37,680 nucleotides of DNA. Origin: Octopus sinensis (Eukaryota). Below, piece by piece: positions 35,540-37,680 of this stretch. The notes under the pieces are model-generated. The model saw nothing but the letters and a program-made list of their open reading frames with translations, searched no databases and was not told where the DNA came from. The stretch's first letter is position 1, and each line of letters starts with the position of its first letter. The position numbers were made by a program, and so were the translations under genes. The stretch is taken from contig NW_021835875.1 in NCBI RefSeq assembly GCF_006345805.1, positions 1-37,680 of the forward strand, given 5' to 3'.

Positions 35540-36020
35540 GACACAAACATTGCAACAGCTGCTGGCACAAGGTCTGAAGCTTTTGGAGAGGGGACAAGTT
35601 GATCACATTGACCCCAGTGCTTGACTAGTACTTAAATTATCGACCTCGAAAAGATGAAAAGTAAAGTCGACCTTGGCACAATTTGAACTTAGAAACGTAA
35701 CAGACGGACGAAATACCTATTCTTTACTACCCACAAGGGGCTAAACACAGAGAGCGGACAAAACAAGGACAGACAAGACAAACGTATAAGTCGATTATAT
35801 CGAGCCCAGTGCGAACTGGTACTTAATTTATCGACCCGAAGGATTTGAAAGACAAAGTTAAACCTCGGCAGAATTTGAAACTCAGAAGTGTAAAGACAGA
35901 CGATATGCTGCTAAGCATTTTGTCCGCGTGCTAAATGATTTGCCAGCGCTCACATATCATAATAATTCTTTCTACTATAGCCTCAAGGCCTGAAATGTTG
36001 GTGGAGGGGAATAATCGATA
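35540..36020 (-). mobile_element. Stacked SINE family A copies and tail
   Basis: AAAGTCGACCTTGGCACAATTTGAAC (~35665) and ACCTCGGCAGAATTTGAAACTCAG (~35862). Confidence 0.8.
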
Positions 36021-36079
36021 CATGAGATGATGAGGGGTTGATAATTGATAGTTGATCAACGAGGTCGCGTGTCTACTTT

Positions 36080-37345
36080 ACCCACGAATAGTCATGGAGG
36101 AAGGCGAAAATGAGACAAATATACAATCTTTTTAAATAAGACATAGCTCGACTGCGGAAAATGAAGAAGGTGAATATAATGCCACCAAGAGGAATATAAA
36201 TAGAGTGGGAAAAGGTTAATTTTTACTCCTGTCACTGCCTCGTATTCTTTTAGAGGTGAGGTCGCCAAGCTTTTTCGACCATCAACCACTTCTCCCGCAT
36301 CGATCACCCTCCCCATTTGAAATATCTTAATACTCTAATGTACCGTAGTCTTTCGCACGCCGACCCCTATTCGACTCCTTGGCTATCATCGACCCCTGTA
36401 ATTCTCCGTCGACACCTAGAGAGTCCTTCGGGCCCCCTTTGCCAACCTCTGTTTTAGAACAATGCGGACCAGGTCTATATGCTTGGTGATAGACACTATG
36501 ACGGTGACGTCGCCCGCGTATGCCGACACTGTTATCCCACGTCCTATATGCGGGATGTTCTGCAGTAGTGGCTCTAGAACCAGTACATAAAAAAGTGACG
36601 CGAGCGGACACCCTTGATGGGCCGAATGCATGATGCTGAATGAATGGTTCCGATAGGTAACCATTCATCCGAACTACCGAGCAAATGTACTTTACATCGC
36701 TGCAATCCAGCTGCGGAAAACGGGTCCGAGACCAGTCACCGTAAGAACAGCCGCGAAGTATTTGTGGTCGACTTTATCGAAGGCCCCACTCATGTTAGCT
36801 CCTTTACTCACTATTCTATGATGTGTCGTATGAAGTGGAGGTTGTCGGGGATGGATCTGTTTGGGATGGCACATGTTTGAGCATCACCTATCAGTTCTTC
36901 GACAATAAGCGCCATCTTCTTTGCTAACATCTTGACCAAAGTTTTGAAATCTTCGTTCTTCATCGTTATGGGCCTAAGATTTTCTATTTGATACTCCTTA
37001 TTCGAGTCCTATCTTAACTGCGCACCCTCCACTCCTCGGCACACAGAATTAGGAATTCTCCCATTTTGCTGCCAGTGACGGTAGATATCTGCTAAAAGGC
37101 CGACAAACAAGCCTGGCATATAAAAATAAAGCTCGATGGACAGATCATCTAAACCAGGCAACTTTCTGCCCTCTGCAACCCATCATCACGCCCCGCATCT
37201 ATGTGGCCCTTATCGGTATTTCGCCACGCTACACCAACTTTGCTTAAAGTCGTGGCATGCCTTGGAGGTAGCTACTGAAGCACATCCTGCATTCTGGAGT
37301 GCTACTCATCCCAAACAGTTTGGCGAAATGCTGCTGAAATGCTTC
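36080..37345 (-). mobile_element. Tx1/L1-type ORF2 reverse transcriptase relic
   Basis: RPITMKNEDFKTLVKMLAKK..IGDAQTCAIPNRSIPDNLH; GAFDKVDHKYFAAVL..GLGPVFRSWIAAM; HQGCPLASLFYVLVLEPLL; SAYAGDVTV (YADD-like); KEYEAVTGVKIN. Many stops and frameshifts. Confidence 0.9.
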
Positions 37346-37680
37346 TCGCATTATAATAGAGACTGAAGGTTTCATATTGGCGGCACTAGATAAAAGCTTG
37401 CTTACCAGAAACTACCAGGCTAACTTTCTTCAAAACAGATCTGAGTCTGTAGATTCTGCGACAGATCTGACGAAGCAACAGATAATCCTATTTCGGGATG
37501 TACTGTGCTGACACTAAACGAATGCAAAAATCGCCACAATAGGATAGAACAGTATTTACATTGGAAAATACGTAAACACATACGAAAGATGTGGCATCTT
37601 AAAACAAGAACTGTCCCTGTTATTGTGGGTGCCCTAGGTATGATAAAAAAAAGGGATGTCAGAAACATCTAGACAACATC
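37340..37680 (+). mobile_element. R4/Dong-type non-LTR retrotransposon C-terminal fragment (runs off the window)
   Basis: ETEGFILAALDKSLLTRNYQAN..FCDRSDEATDNPISGC..KNRHNRIEQYLHWKI..RTVPVIVGALGMIKK: the CCHC, RHN and VPxxxGALG motifs of R4-like elements; the restriction-like endonuclease region appears deleted. Confidence 0.75.

Noticed and set aside
37465-37490. CTGACGA in the R4 fragment (also in SINE A heads at ~17716 and ~18383)
   Set aside because: No downstream stem II-GAAA; chance heptamers.

Overview
AT-rich, microsatellite-dense eukaryotic intronic or intergenic DNA. The tRNA-derived SINE families resemble those I recall from octopus (cephalopod), so that origin is inferred, not shown. 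No host protein-coding gene can be called confidently: almost every ORF in the track is microsatellite translation or a transposon relic. The window holds many SINEs of about four families, three Tx1/L1-type ORF2 relics and one ORF1 relic, a CR1-type 3' end, an R4/Dong-type fragment, a decayed Tc1 transposon with DD37E spacing (TRT-like) and a hAT MITE with a perfect target-site duplication (TSD). The main result is a set of type I hammerhead ribozyme (HHR) motifs that the ORF track does not reveal. (1) A head-to-tail dimer of a ~350-bp unit carries an HHR in each copy (2273-2985). This is retrozyme-like and predicts a 348-nt self-excised, possibly circular RNA. (2) Two fold-back palindromes place an HHR on both strands (446-573, 11813-11969). 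(3) A minimal HHR lies at 2141-2175. (4) Two HHRs have long inserted stem II arms (24961-25051, 31726-31838), the second inside a 2.2-kb element with a 158-bp inverted duplication. (5) Two are mutationally decayed fossils. Each family has its own palindromic stem III, as expected for dimer-dependent Penelope-type HHRs, and most sit in (TA)n tracts. All folds were derived by eye; no activity or database match has been tested.
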